Shown one piece after another: positions 10,632 to 22,740 of a stretch of 64,000 bases of DNA; position 1 is the stretch's first letter; the number at the start of each line of letters is the position of its first letter. The notes below the pieces were generated by a model. The model searched no databases and was not told the DNA's origin. It saw nothing but the letters and a program-made list of their open reading frames with translations. A program made the position numbers and the translations under genes. The stretch covers positions 1,408,001-1,472,000 of the forward strand of contig CBDBCZ010000019.1 in assembly GCA_965203295.1 (NCBI GenBank), read 5' to 3'. This DNA is from Nitrospirales bacterium. Its GTDB lineage: Bacteria > Nitrospirota > Nitrospiria > Nitrospirales > UBA8639.

Positions 10632-10952
10632 ATGGCAGATCAACAAGGAGGAGCTTCGGCGGGTAGTGTGGCTTTAGCCTTTTTGAGTGGGATTTTGCTT
10701 GGAGCAACGACAGCTTTTTTATTGGCCCCTCAAACGGGTCGGGAATCTCGTGAACGATTGCTCGATATGGCACGTCGCACAGGCGAAGACTTTCGCGATT
10801 GGAGCGGCAAAGCATTCGGGACATGGGAGGATGTGTTGACCAAAGGTCGTGAGTTTGTGGGGGAAGCCAGTTCGATCGTTTGTGATGCTGTTGATGCTGG
10901 TCGAGAGGCTATGCAACGTGAAAGCAATGAAGGGAAAGAGGGTTCTTTGTAA
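10632..10952 (+). CDS. YtxH-domain protein
   Basis: AFLSGILLGA..AFLLAPQTGRESR motif; GGAGG RBS. Confidence 0.88.
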   Translation: MADQQGGASAGSVALAFLSGILLGATTAFLLAPQTGRESRERLLDMARRTGEDFRDWSGKAFGTWEDVLTKGREFVGEASSIVCDAVDAGREAMQRESNEGKEGSL

Positions 10953-10958
10953 TTCGTT

Positions 10959-12389
10959 ATGACCTATGAGACTGTTGTTGGGCTCGAAGTTCATGCCCAG
11001 TTGTTGACTCGTTCTAAATTGTTTTGTGGGTGCGGTACCGAGTTTGGATTACCCCCCAATACGCAAACCTGCCCAGTGTGCCTGGGAATGCCTGGTACGC
11101 TTCCTGTTCTGAATTCTCAAGCTGTGGAAATGGCATGTCGAGCGGGCTTGGCCTTGAATTGTACGATACCGGACACCAATCGTTTCGCTCGAAAGAACTA
11201 CTTCTATCCGGATCTTCCCAAGGGGTATCAAATTTCCCAGTATGAAGCTCCAATTTGTGAACATGGATGGCTTGATATCAAAGTCAATGGTACGAGTATA
11301 AGAGTTCGAATTCGGCGCGCACACCTTGAGGAGGATGCAGGCAAAAATATGCATTTGTCTGAGATGAATGGAAGTTTAGTGGATCTCAACCGGACAGGGA
11401 CTCCCTTGTTGGAAATTGTGACCGAGCCAGATATGGGGTCATCAGAAGAAGTGGTGACCTACCTGAAGTCGCTCAGGGATATCTTAATGTATCTTGGGTT
11501 CTGCGATGGTAACATGGAAGAAGGGAGCCTTCGATGTGAGCCGAATTTATCGCTTCGTCCAGTTGGATCTAAGGAATTTGGAACAAAGGTCGAACTGAAA
11601 AATCTCAACTCGTTTAAAAATGTGAAAGATGCCCTAGAATATGAAGTCAAGCGACAAACTCGGGTCTTATCAGAGGGGGGCACCATTCTGCAGGAAACGC
11701 GTTTGTGGGATCTCGACAAGGGCGAAACGGCGGTGATGCGGTCAAAGGAAGAAGCTCATGACTATCGGTACTTTCCTGATCCTGACCTCGTCCCGTTGGT
11801 TTTGTCTGAGGAACGAGTCGATGAAATACGCCAAACCCTTCCCGAATTACCGTTGAAACGATATGCTCGATTTGTTCAAGACTATGGGCTCCCTGAGTAT
11901 GACGCGGGTGTTCTCATGAGTACAAAAGCTCTGGCTGATTATTATGAAGCATGTGTGAAGCTCTTTGATGAACCCAAGACGGTGAGCAATTGGGTGATGG
12001 GAGAACTCCTTCGTGAGTTGAATCAATCAGAAACGGATGTATCAGACTCCCCCGTTTCACCTGAGAGTTTGGTATCTTTGCTGAACTTGGTGAGTAATGG
12101 AACCATTAGTTTGAAGGTGGCAAGAGATCTCTTTTCGGAATTCTATAGGAGTGCAAAATCAGCTGAGCAGTTGGTTGAAGAAAAAGGGCTTCGGCAAATC
12201 TCAGATGAAGGTGTCCTCGAGAGTGTGATTCAGAAAGTGCTGGAGAAGAACTCGAGTCAGGTGGATCAGTATCGTGGCGGGAAAGAAACCGTGTTGGGTT
12301 TTTTGGTTGGGCAGGTGATGAAGGCATCACAGGGAAAAGCGAATCCTCAGAAGGTCAATGAACTTCTGAAAAAGGCTCTCGCCGGGTAA
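10959..12389 (+). CDS. gatB: Asp/Glu-tRNA amidotransferase subunit B
   Basis: [35 protein letters not shown]. Confidence 0.97.
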   Translation: MTYETVVGLEVHAQLLTRSKLFCGCGTEFGLPPNTQTCPVCLGMPGTLPVLNSQAVEMACRAGLALNCTIPDTNRFARKNYFYPDLPKGYQISQYEAPICEHGWLDIKVNGTSIRVRIRRAHLEEDAGKNMHLSEMNGSLVDLNRTGTPLLEIVTEPDMGSSEEVVTYLKSLRDILMYLGFCDGNMEEGSLRCEPNLSLRPVGSKEFGTKVELKNLNSFKNVKDALEYEVKRQTRVLSEGGTILQETRLWDLDKGETAVMRSKEEAHDYRYFPDPDLVPLVLSEERVDEIRQTLPELPLKRYARFVQDYGLPEYDAGVLMSTKALADYYEACVKLFDEPKTVSNWVMGELLRELNQSETDVSDSPVSPESLVSLLNLVSNGTISLKVARDLFSEFYRSAKSAEQLVEEKGLRQISDEGVLESVIQKVLEKNSSQVDQYRGGKETVLGFLVGQVMKASQGKANPQKVNELLKKALAG

Positions 12390-12476
12390 AGTTCTTTTCA
12401 TCGTCGGCACCCATGGTCTATTCGATCATGGTTCTTTTTGCGAGAATTTCAGAACCACAAAGATGAGGAAGAGTAG

Positions 12477-13799
<1,323 letters not shown>

Positions 13800-13802
13800 A
13801 AC

Positions 13803-14141
13803 ATGAGAACGGCGAATCGTAAACGGTTGAGGGGATCAACGCCAGCCACTGGTGGAACGAGATCATCACGTCTGGTTTTCATCATCGGAGGCTTCGTCTG
13901 TAGCATCGTTCTTGGTTTATGGGTGTATCATGCCGCAGGGGTTTCTGAATATTTGCATATGCTTGAGGAGATGGAGCGTCTCCAGCATGAAATTCAGAAG
14001 CTTGAAGAGAGCAATGTCGTGCTACGAAAAGACATTGCTCAGCTTGAACAGGATTCCCCTCGGCTTGAAGAGTTAGCACGAAACCAATTAGGGCTTGTCC
14101 GCGAGGGTGAGGTCGTGTATCAGTTGGTGGAACCTCAATGA
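13803..14141 (+). CDS. ftsB: Septum formation initiator (FtsB/DivIC)
   Basis: TM plus leucine zipper, LEELARNQLGLVREGE; follows eno. Confidence 0.88.
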   Translation: MRTANRKRLRGSTPATGGTRSSRLVFIIGGFVCSIVLGLWVYHAAGVSEYLHMLEEMERLQHEIQKLEESNVVLRKDIAQLEQDSPRLEELARNQLGLVREGEVVYQLVEPQ

Positions 14142-14271
14142 CGGGTCCAAGCGGCCATAGAAAAGGTGTGCGATGACCAAATGATGACGATGTAAATCGA
14201 GAAGAATTCTGTTTTATCTGCTCTGCTCTTTCTTGCAATTTCTCCCTTATACCCTCACGTAGGTTTTTGAA

Positions 14272-15159
14272 ATGAAAGTCGGTTCGATGGCAATACTCGG
14301 TTGTCCGAATGTGGGAAAGTCCACGTTGGTCAATGCCCTTGTGAACCAAAAAATTGCGATTGTGTCTGACAAACCGCAGACCACCAGAACGAGAATTCTT
14401 GGTGTGGTGCATGATCCGCAAGCCCAACTTGCTCTCGTTGATACCCCTGGGATGCATCGGCCATGGCATCGTTTGAATAAACGGATGGTGCGAACGGCAC
14501 TCGATGCATGTGAAGAAACGGATGTCTTGGCGGTGATGGTAGATGGCAGAAGATTACCTGGTTCTGGGGATCGATTTGTTTTTGACCAAGTGTTGACATT
14601 TATCAAGGGGCGACGGTCGACGCCAGTCTTTTTGTTGATCAACAAAATTGATTTAATGGCAAAGGCTAAAGTTCTTCCCATTATTGATGCGTACCGGACA
14701 TTCGGATTCCTGAGCGAAATTGTGCCAATTTCAGCGAAGACAGGCCTCAATCTTGATCGGCTTTTGCAATTAGCTATTGCCCAGTTACCGGAAGCCGAAG
14801 GCGGGTACGACGAGGAGTTTGTGACGGATCAGTCGCTACGGCAATTGGCGGCAGAAATCATTCGGGAAAAGGTGTTGGAACAAACCCGGGCAGAGCTTCC
14901 GTATGCGGTCGCGGTTCATATTGACCAGTTTGAGGAAGAAAAAAAGCTTGCTCGAATTGCCGCATCAGTATGGGTTGAAAAGCAAGGGCAAAAAGCCATT
15001 GTCATTGGAAAAGGCGGAGCGCGGTTAAAATCAATTGGGACCGATGCCCGACTTGAAATGGAAACAATCTTTGAACTGAAGGTGTTTTTTGAACTTTTTG
15101 TCAAAGTGCGGGAGACGTGGCGAAATGATGATCGATTGCTCATGGAACTAGGATATTAA
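14272..15159 (+). CDS. era: GTPase Era
   Basis: PNVGKST, KPQTTR, DTPG, NKID, KH domain VIGKGG. Confidence 0.96.
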   Translation: MKVGSMAILGCPNVGKSTLVNALVNQKIAIVSDKPQTTRTRILGVVHDPQAQLALVDTPGMHRPWHRLNKRMVRTALDACEETDVLAVMVDGRRLPGSGDRFVFDQVLTFIKGRRSTPVFLLINKIDLMAKAKVLPIIDAYRTFGFLSEIVPISAKTGLNLDRLLQLAIAQLPEAEGGYDEEFVTDQSLRQLAAEIIREKVLEQTRAELPYAVAVHIDQFEEEKKLARIAASVWVEKQGQKAIVIGKGGARLKSIGTDARLEMETIFELKVFFELFVKVRETWRNDDRLLMELGY

Positions 15160-16621
15160 ATGTTATTTCCTTTCTTCAAATTACGTCGATCCCAAGAAGT
15201 CGAGAATGGTCTGACTGAGGCAGTCGAAGACAGTAAGGAAGACCAAAGTAAGTTTGATTTGGTGTTACAGTCTGTTCGACGTTTGCTGCGTCGTGGGGCT
15301 ATTACGCACCTCGGCAATCTTGTGGGCAGGTTACACTCCGCCGATGTGGCAAGGGTCATGGGTCACCTTTCATCGGCTCAAGACAAGTGTACGGTCTTTG
15401 AATTGGTTCTGGGAGATAGTGAGCGTGGCAAAGTGTTAAGCGAATTGAATGAGGAAACGATACAGGAGATTTTGGAGGATCGCACTCCTTCAGAAGTGGC
15501 CTGGTTGCTGAGAAATTTGGGAACCGACGATGTGGCCTACATCCTCAGCGTGTTACCGGAAGAACAGACGCAGGAAATTCTCCCGCGTTTGAAAGAGGAA
15601 GAATCCCAAGAAGTTGCCCATATCCTGACGTATCCGAAAGGAACGGCTGGGAATATCATGACGACGGAGTTCTTTTTACTTCCGGAAGATATCATGGCGC
15701 AAGAGGCTATTCAGCGAGTCCAGCAAGCGACGAAGGCTGAGACGGTCTTTTATATTTACGGGACCGATAAAGAGGGGCACCTCACCGGCGTTCTTTCACT
15801 ACGGGAATTATTGACTGTCGCTCCCACTGCACCGCTCAAAGCGTTACTCACCAGAGAGCCAATCAGTGTGACGGTTGATACGCAACACAAAGAGGTGGCT
15901 CAAAAAGTTGCCAATTATAACCTTCTCGCCATTCCGGTCCTTGAATCTGATCGGCGACTGGTGGGAATCATCACGGTTGACGATGTGATCGATGTGATTC
16001 AAGAAGAAGATACCAAGGAGATGTTGAAAATGGCGGGAGCGGTCGAAGAGGATTCGATTCGCCGTCGAAGAGGATTCGATTCGCCATGGTTCAAGTTTGG
16101 AAGCGGTCGGGCTTCGACTTCCCTGGTTGTTCACGAACCTCCTAGGAAGTTTGGCGTCTGGTTTGATACTCTGGTATTTTCGTTTCACCATCCAGGAGGT
16201 TGTCGCCATTGTCACTTTTATCCCAGTCATTGCGGCAATGGGGGGCAATGTGGGACTCCAATCATCGACGCTGATCATTCGTGGGTTGGCAACGGGCCGT
16301 GTGGAAATCAGTGATCTGTGGGTCGTTCTCGCTCGAGAGTTACGAATCGGATTATTGCTTGGAGTTATCTGTGGAGTCATTCTCACAGCTGCCGGGTGGG
16401 TTTGGCATGAGGGAAGTATTCTTGGCTTGGTGGTGGGATTTTCGCTTCTTGTCGCTTTTCTTATGTCGACTGGCATGGCCACGGTGACCCCTTTACTCCT
16501 CAAACGGTTCGGTGTCGATCCGGCTATCGCCGCTGGGCCCTTTATTACAACAGCGAATGACATTACGGGTGTCACGATCTATTTGAGTCTGGCCACTCTT
16601 ATGTTGGAGCACATTCGCTGA
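15160..16621 (+). pseudogene. mgtE: MgtE magnesium transporter frameshifted by a 22-bp tandem duplication
   Basis: N-domain and CBS pair in 15160 frame; TM domain (RLPWL, MGGNVGLQ, DPAIAAGPFITTAND) in 16097 frame. Confidence 0.92.
16042..16085 (+). repeat. Perfect 2x22-bp tandem duplication inside mgtE
   Basis: GTCGAAGAGGATTCGATTCGCC at 16042-16063 and 16064-16085. Confidence 0.97.
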
Positions 16622-16653
16622 TTCCTGTTCGAGATTCCTGATTGTTATCTGCC

Positions 16654-17391
16654 ATGTCGTTAGTCAACACTCAAGCTGTGATTTTGAAAAGCCAGCGTTG
16701 GGGAGAAGCTGATCGAATCGTCACCTTCTTTACCTTACGATTTGGTAAAGTTCGGGGTATTGCGAGAGGGGCTCGTCGCATGAAGAACCGGTTTGGAAGT
16801 GGGTTAGAGCCTTTTTCTCATGTGGGGTTGACCGTATTTGAAAAGGGGAATGATTCCCTTGCAAGAATCAGTCAGGTGGACGTGAAAAATAGTTTTTGGG
16901 GATTCCGCGAAAACATGGATTGTATCAATGCTGCAGCCCGAATGGTGAATTTGGTCTCGGCCGTATCAGGAGAGCGGGACCCCAATGCTCCGATGTTTTG
17001 GTCGCTTCTGAACGGGCTAAGAACATTAGAGGAAAGTCCAGACCATGCCTTAACGGCTCTCATTTTTCAAATTCATTTCCTTGGACTGACAGGTTTTCGT
17101 CCTCAAACCGATCATTGTGCGTCTTGTGGGAGGTCATTTTCTGGAAAGGCCGCGGGGTTTTCTCCGCTGAGTGGCGGACTCATTTGCGGACCCTGTGAAT
17201 GTTCCGCCTTAGACCATTGTTTGCCTATGTCGCCAGGAAGTCTAGCCTTTATCCATCATGCGAGGCAGTATGATTTTCCGCACGTCATGCGGCTGAAAGC
17301 AGAAGGGCAAGTTCGGCATGAAGTGAAAGAGGCCATTGAGTCCTATATCAACGTAGTGGTGGGAGCGCGGTTGCCGCTCCCAATTGTGTGA
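16654..17391 (+). CDS. recO: DNA repair protein RecO
   Basis: GEADRIVTFFT..FGKVRGIARGAR, CxxC...CxxC zinc finger. Confidence 0.94.
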   Translation: MSLVNTQAVILKSQRWGEADRIVTFFTLRFGKVRGIARGARRMKNRFGSGLEPFSHVGLTVFEKGNDSLARISQVDVKNSFWGFRENMDCINAAARMVNLVSAVSGERDPNAPMFWSLLNGLRTLEESPDHALTALIFQIHFLGLTGFRPQTDHCASCGRSFSGKAAGFSPLSGGLICGPCECSALDHCLPMSPGSLAFIHHARQYDFPHVMRLKAEGQVRHEVKEAIESYINVVVGARLPLPIV

Positions 17392-17554
17392 CAGTTGATA
17401 ACGTGGTTCTGGCTTTCAAGCTGTGCTCAGATTGCTTGAAAGAAGAAGGTGACGCTTTAGTCAGATGGTGTGTAATCGATAGAGAAAGACGCAATGCAAA
17501 TTCGTCAGGTCAGTGGTAGAAGAGAGAGATCTGATGGTTCAGAGAGAAAATATC

Positions 17555-17923
17555 ATGAGTAATCAATCCCTTATTCCAAAAGATATGAATTGGATTGACA
17601 AGGGGGTCTTTGGTATTGAGTGGAGTGACGGGCATCAGAGTGTGTACCCTGTTCGCCATCTTCGAGAAAACTGTCCTTGTGCAGCTTGTGTCGATGAATG
17701 GACAGGAGAACGGCGTCTGAATCCTGAATCCATTCCTTTGCTCATTATGCTTAAAGATATCGAACCGGTTGGGAACTATGCTCTCCGTTTTAAATGGAGT
17801 GACGGGCATGAGACCGGAATTTATACCTTTTACCATCTGCGCCGATTGTGCCAATGCGATCTGTGCAACCCTGATAGGGCTGCAAACCCCGAAACACGTC
17901 CTCGTTCCCGTCGGCTGCTGTAA
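17555..17923 (+). CDS. DUF971 / gamma-butyrobetaine-hydroxylase-like N-terminal domain protein
   Basis: WSDGH, LRENCPCAAC, VGNYAL..KWSDGHETGIY. Confidence 0.88.
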   Translation: MSNQSLIPKDMNWIDKGVFGIEWSDGHQSVYPVRHLRENCPCAACVDEWTGERRLNPESIPLLIMLKDIEPVGNYALRFKWSDGHETGIYTFYHLRRLCQCDLCNPDRAANPETRPRSRRLL

Positions 17924-18100
17924 CCATCCGAAAACATTTCTTCCTTTCTTCATCTGGTAAAGAGTTCAGATAGGCTATTCCCTGAGTTTCTGAGACTGTA
18001 GACTTTTAAACGGTCAATATGGATTCAGCACAGCACCGTTAAAAGAAGACGGCAATTCCCTAACCCCATCTGGATGTTGAATATCACGGAACTCTAAAAA

Positions 18101-19165
18101 TTACCGACGAAATCGGCCTCCCAATGTCTCCTCCTCATATTGAATAAAGAGTTGTTTGGATTCGGGGTGAAGGGTATACCCTTTTCCCTGAACAATCTCC
18201 CCAGATTTGAACAGGGGGGTCACTTTTCCAGTCGGGTGAACATACAATCCCCGCAATGGGACTGAGCGATTGCGATGCTGGATGAGATAGCAATCGGTGG
18301 CTCTAATGCGATTGATCCAGGCTGTGATTTCTTCGGGATTGCCAATGGAGGCGGACAGAAGGAGAAGACGGGCTTGAGACGGGCAGAAGATGATGGTTTC
18401 TTCCCAGACAACCCCGCGTTCGGGATCAGCCAGGTACTGGGATTCGTCTAGGATGACGAGCCCGAGTGTGTCGAGCCGCATATCGATTTCTCCACAAGCC
18501 GCATCATACAACAAGTTTCTCAAAATTTCGGTGGTCATGATGAGGATGGGGGCTTGTGGGTTGTCTCGTCGATCTCCCGTGAGAATGCCTACCTGGTGTG
18601 TCCCAAAAATATGAGAAAACTCCGCAAATTTTGTGTTGGAGAGCGCTTTCAATGGTGAGGTATAGATGACTGTTCGATCTGTTTGTATCGCTTGCCGCAT
18701 GGCTTCAATAGCCACGAATGTCTTGCCACTTCCCGTTGGCACGCTCACAATGACATCTGATTGCTGAAGATGGGTTATGGCTTCTTCTTGCCATGGATCT
18801 GGATGAAACGATCGTGCGGGAGGGATTCCTATTCCCTCAAGCAATGTTTCAAGGGTCGCGGATGGACCGGATGATGGTTCAGCATGTTCCTTAAGGGAAG
18901 TCTTTCTCGATGAGACTTGTTTGCCCTGGGGAACACTCGGGGAAGTCGTTCTTTTTCTCGATTGCCCCACTTTGGTTGGATGTTTGAGGAGGGCGTGCAC
19001 TTCCTTCTGAATCTTGGCACGGGTGTCGGACGGGAGACTCATCATAGCCTCAATGAGACGCGTTTTTCCCATGTAGAAGTGGCGAGGTATCTTCCCTTTC
19101 GCCAGCCAATGGAGGCGTCGAGTGGAGAGTGCTTCCAAGGAGGTGATCAGGTCATGGCTATCCAC
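18101..19165 (-). CDS. Ski2/HelY-like SF2 helicase, N-terminal (RecA1/ATPase) half
   Basis: PDPWQEEAI, PTGSGKT, YTSPLKALSN, TTEILRNLLY, LDESQ, LSAS; no motifs IV-VI. Confidence 0.88.
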   Translation of the reverse strand: MDSHDLITSLEALSTRRLHWLAKGKIPRHFYMGKTRLIEAMMSLPSDTRAKIQKEVHALLKHPTKVGQSRKRTTSPSVPQGKQVSSRKTSLKEHAEPSSGPSATLETLLEGIGIPPARSFHPDPWQEEAITHLQQSDVIVSVPTGSGKTFVAIEAMRQAIQTDRTVIYTSPLKALSNTKFAEFSHIFGTHQVGILTGDRRDNPQAPILIMTTEILRNLLYDAACGEIDMRLDTLGLVILDESQYLADPERGVVWEETIIFCPSQARLLLLSASIGNPEEITAWINRIRATDCYLIQHRNRSVPLRGLYVHPTGKVTPLFKSGEIVQGKGYTLHPESKQLFIQYEEETLGGRFRR

Positions 19166-19296
19166 AGTTATTGCTCATGCTTTTTCGAAATGGTGTAGCT
19201 TGTTAGAATGCTGAACGGGTTTCTGCTCGCTATGGTGTTCGAAGGTATCATTCTTGACTGTGGTGTGAAGCATGATGAAAAGGGTAATAAACTCGA

Positions 19297-21156
19297 TCAC
19301 GGTAACTCCTGTAAGACATCGCGTCGAATGAGGTCGATCGCTTGATTCGCAAGATCAGCCAAGCTCGGGTGGGTCAATTTCAAGCTATATAACTGTGAGA
19401 GATATTCAATGGTTCTTGATAGGAGTCGATAGACGTCTCCTTCTGCCATACTCGTGCGTTGAACAAACGATTCCCAGGGCAGAGTTGGGTTGCTCACCCA
19501 ATGATTAGCCAATGAGGCGACATCTGATCGTAAGAGTGGAGGATCCTCGTACGGAGCGAGAGAATCGGCAACAGCCAGAACTTGAGTGAGGACAGAGGCT
19601 AAGGCTTGACTTCGGCGTGGAAAAGATCCTGGACGGTCATCGTCATGCGCAATGCTTGCGAGAACTGCAGCCAGCAATCCGGGGTCGATACCTGAAAAGG
19701 CATCCATTCGAATCAATTCGGTTAGAAGAAGTGAGTGATTGATGCGGATGAGTCGAGCCCAGTCGCCATCTTCAGTTAATTGGCAGGTGATGGTTAAGTA
19801 ACCAAACTTTTGCAAAACCTCAACGTGTTGTTGAAAGCGGTGCCACAATTCTGAACGAAGGGTTTGAATGGTTTTCGTTAACTGCTGATGTTCCTGGCGA
19901 AGGCGTAAGGCCTGCGCATGATCTTTCCGGCAAGCTTGTTGAGATGGGCAGGTTGGACAGGGAAATTCGTCATTTAAAGTTTCCGCAAGAATTGGATTTT
20001 CACCAGTGTCTATCTCGAGTCGAATGGGTAGCGTGCGAAGTCTTGGTGGGAGTTTCTGGAGTTCATCAGTGATGAGCTCCAAATTATGGGGGGAGCACCA
20101 GGGAAAGCGTTTTGTTTCATGAATGTCAAAAACATTATCGTACACCTGTGTGACCAGACTCGCCGGACATTCTGCGATAGCCCTATGGCCACGAACCAAG
20201 GTCAGCATGGCATGATGACGACCTCGACTTCGGTATTGACGAAGGATCACCCCCCGAAGTTTTCCTAAACTAATAACCCGTCCTGGTGTCAAATAAGGAA
20301 GTCGGGAGGCGACTTCCGGAGAGTCTTTTGATATGGCCAATCGACGGGATGACCGACGCTTTTTTGCCAATTCAAAAATCTGCCATTGCGTGATCCAGTC
20401 TGTGCATTGCCGAGGTCCAAAAGGTTCCATTTGGGTTTGGATGGTATCAAGTTTTTCCTCGAGGATTTCGGCCCGTTGGTTTAATTGAAACTGAGCAAAG
20501 CTCTTTTCCAGAATTGGTTGAATATGATCGACCGTGTGGGCTTTCAAGAGGTTGAGGACCATTGGATAGGAGATGACAAACTGGCTGTCGATTGGTTCTG
20601 TGAAACTCGTGAGGCCTCGGGCGATTACATGGATATCCATGTATGGTGAGGAGGTGACGATGACAAACCCGACAAGATCCTTTCCTCGCCTCCCGCCACG
20701 ACCACCAATTTGTTGGATTTCACCGATGGAGAGTTCTGTAAAATCCCGGGCCTTTCTTATGCTGGATTGCGTGATGACGACGGTACGGGCTGGAAAATCC
20801 ACCCCAGCGGCAAGGGTGGTGGTTGCGAAGACGGCGTCAAGACAGCCTTTTCTCATTAATTCTTCAATGGCAATTTTCCATGAAGGAAGATGCCCAGCAT
20901 GGTGAGCCGCAACTCCAAATTGCTGTACTGTAGGAATGAGAGGGTGATCAGCAATACTTGGATATTCCTCGGATAACTTTTGGATAACTCCGGCAATTGC
21001 GGTAGACCGGCTTGCAGAAATAGGACGCGGACGATACGTAAAGCTCTCTATGGCTTCGTCACATGCTCGTCGTGAAGGAAGGAAGACAATGGCGGGAGTG
21101 AGGTGTTTGTTTCGGAGAATTTCGATTAAATCAGTTGGATGAATGGCGGATGGCAT
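19297..21156 (-). CDS. Ski2/HelY-like SF2 helicase, C-terminal half (RecA2 + DSHCT-like)
   Basis: PAIVFLPSRRACD, HHAGHLP, FATTTLAAGVDFPARTVV, QIGGRGGRRG, EGDVYRLL; no Walker A/B. Confidence 0.88.
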   Translation of the reverse strand: MPSAIHPTDLIEILRNKHLTPAIVFLPSRRACDEAIESFTYRPRPISASRSTAIAGVIQKLSEEYPSIADHPLIPTVQQFGVAAHHAGHLPSWKIAIEELMRKGCLDAVFATTTLAAGVDFPARTVVITQSSIRKARDFTELSIGEIQQIGGRGGRRGKDLVGFVIVTSSPYMDIHVIARGLTSFTEPIDSQFVISYPMVLNLLKAHTVDHIQPILEKSFAQFQLNQRAEILEEKLDTIQTQMEPFGPRQCTDWITQWQIFELAKKRRSSRRLAISKDSPEVASRLPYLTPGRVISLGKLRGVILRQYRSRGRHHAMLTLVRGHRAIAECPASLVTQVYDNVFDIHETKRFPWCSPHNLELITDELQKLPPRLRTLPIRLEIDTGENPILAETLNDEFPCPTCPSQQACRKDHAQALRLRQEHQQLTKTIQTLRSELWHRFQQHVEVLQKFGYLTITCQLTEDGDWARLIRINHSLLLTELIRMDAFSGIDPGLLAAVLASIAHDDDRPGSFPRRSQALASVLTQVLAVADSLAPYEDPPLLRSDVASLANHWVSNPTLPWESFVQRTSMAEGDVYRLLSRTIEYLSQLYSLKLTHPSLADLANQAIDLIRRDVLQELP

Positions 21157-21348
21157 GGATAGACTGTCATTGTAGCAAGTTCATCCAAATGAGGAAAAGG
21201 TGGATGAAGAAGGGTCAAGGAGGAAGTGAATATCTCTCTTCTGAGACAAAGAGTGAATGAACTTTAAGACGGTATGAGTGATCATATTAAGAAAGTATGT
21301 CGATTCAGAATTCTCGACGATGCTAGATAGTATTGGCTCAAGGAATAC

Positions 21349-22508
21349 ATGATGCCCCCACCAAATCAATTTTGGGTTTTTGTTTTACTGTGTGCTGTTG
21401 GGTGTTGTTCTTTTATCAGTTACAACCTGGTTCGAATGCCAGCACTTGCCCCTTTTGCAGAATCTCTGGGAGCTGGTCCTTTCGCTGTGAGTTGGGTTGT
21501 TGCGGCTTCAACGCTGACTAGGGTCTTCTTGAAATTTCCCATGGGAGCATTGTCAGATGTTCTAGGGCGGTTCCGCCTGATGTCGGTCGGTGTTTTGGCC
21601 TTTGCCTTGCCTTCCTTTATCTATCCTTTTGTCACAGACGTCACAGAATTAGTTGGATTACGGATCATTCATGGGTTAGCAACAGCCATTTTTACTCCCT
21701 TAGTCCTGGCGATGTTTGCCAGCATGTATGCCCATAAGCGAGGGGAAGCTTTGGGGTGGTATACCTCAGCAGCGCAAGGAGGGGCATTGCTGGGACCCAT
21801 GCTTGGTGGGATTCGGCTTCTCCCAAACATTTGAGACGGCAGGTCTTTTCGGTTTAGTGACTCTCGGCTTGTTTCTCTTGAGCGTTCGTAAGGCAGCACC
21901 AGCCGAATATAAGCCAAGAGAAATCCAAGCGGTGCTTCGTGAACTCCGATTAGGATTGCTTCGCGTGATTCACCACACGCAAATGGTCTCGACAAGCTGC
22001 GCTGAAGCTGTCAAGATGATGGCCAATGGGACACTCATGGCGGTATGCATTATCAGTAGGATTGACGCTCACTGATGGAGGATTTCTCTTTGGAATCCAA
22101 GGCATGACATCCTTTGTATCGAAGCCGATCATGGGTCGGATTTCAGATCGCGTTGGCCGTCGCCCACTGATTGCCTTGGGTCTCGTCTTGTGTTCGGTGA
22201 CGATTGTCGGTATCCCTCAAGTTTCAACGTTTCCCTTTCTGTTGTTTCTCGCTGCAGGCTTTGGATTAGGGGAGGCAATCGTGACGTCGTCGACGGCTGC
22301 ATTTATTGCGGATCTTTTTGACGTGAACAATCTCGGTGCGGGTATAGGGTTACGAGGGACTATCATGGACATTGGTCATGCGGGCGGTCCGATCCTTGCC
22401 CGTGTTTTAGTTGCTTCAATCAGTTATACTGGATCCTTTACGATTATCGGAGGCATTTTGCTTGGGGGCGCAGTCATGTTTTTATGGGCAACAGCTCCCC
22501 AAAAATGA
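21349..22508 (+). pseudogene. MFS transporter broken by two frameshifting deletions (~21810 and ~22042)
   Basis: MFS motifs GALSDVLGR and GRISDRVGRR lie in different frames; three consecutive ORF pieces. Confidence 0.88.
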
Positions 22509-22613
22509 ACATGTTCCACATTGCCTTTGGTCAATCGTACACAAGACAGGTCTGAGATGCCCATTTATCGATCCTAGGACTTAAGCAGGATCGCTTAAAG
22601 GAGGACGTCATCG

Positions 22614-22739
22614 ATGTCTGAGGAAATGACAACTGGAGACGTGATTATCGGGGTACTTGCAGGACTAGGTGTCTTGGTTCTTATCGTCGTCTTTATATGG
22701 GTGTTCCGGAGTGTTATTCTGAAGAGTAGGGATGAATAG
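22614..22739 (+). CDS. Small single-TM protein (41 aa), not in ORF track
   Basis: AAGGAGG RBS; MSEEMTTGDVIIGVLAGLGVLVLIVVFIWVFRSVILKSRDE; stop ends 1 nt before ribE ATG. Confidence 0.7.
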   Translation: MSEEMTTGDVIIGVLAGLGVLVLIVVFIWVFRSVILKSRDE

Positions 22740-22740
22740 C

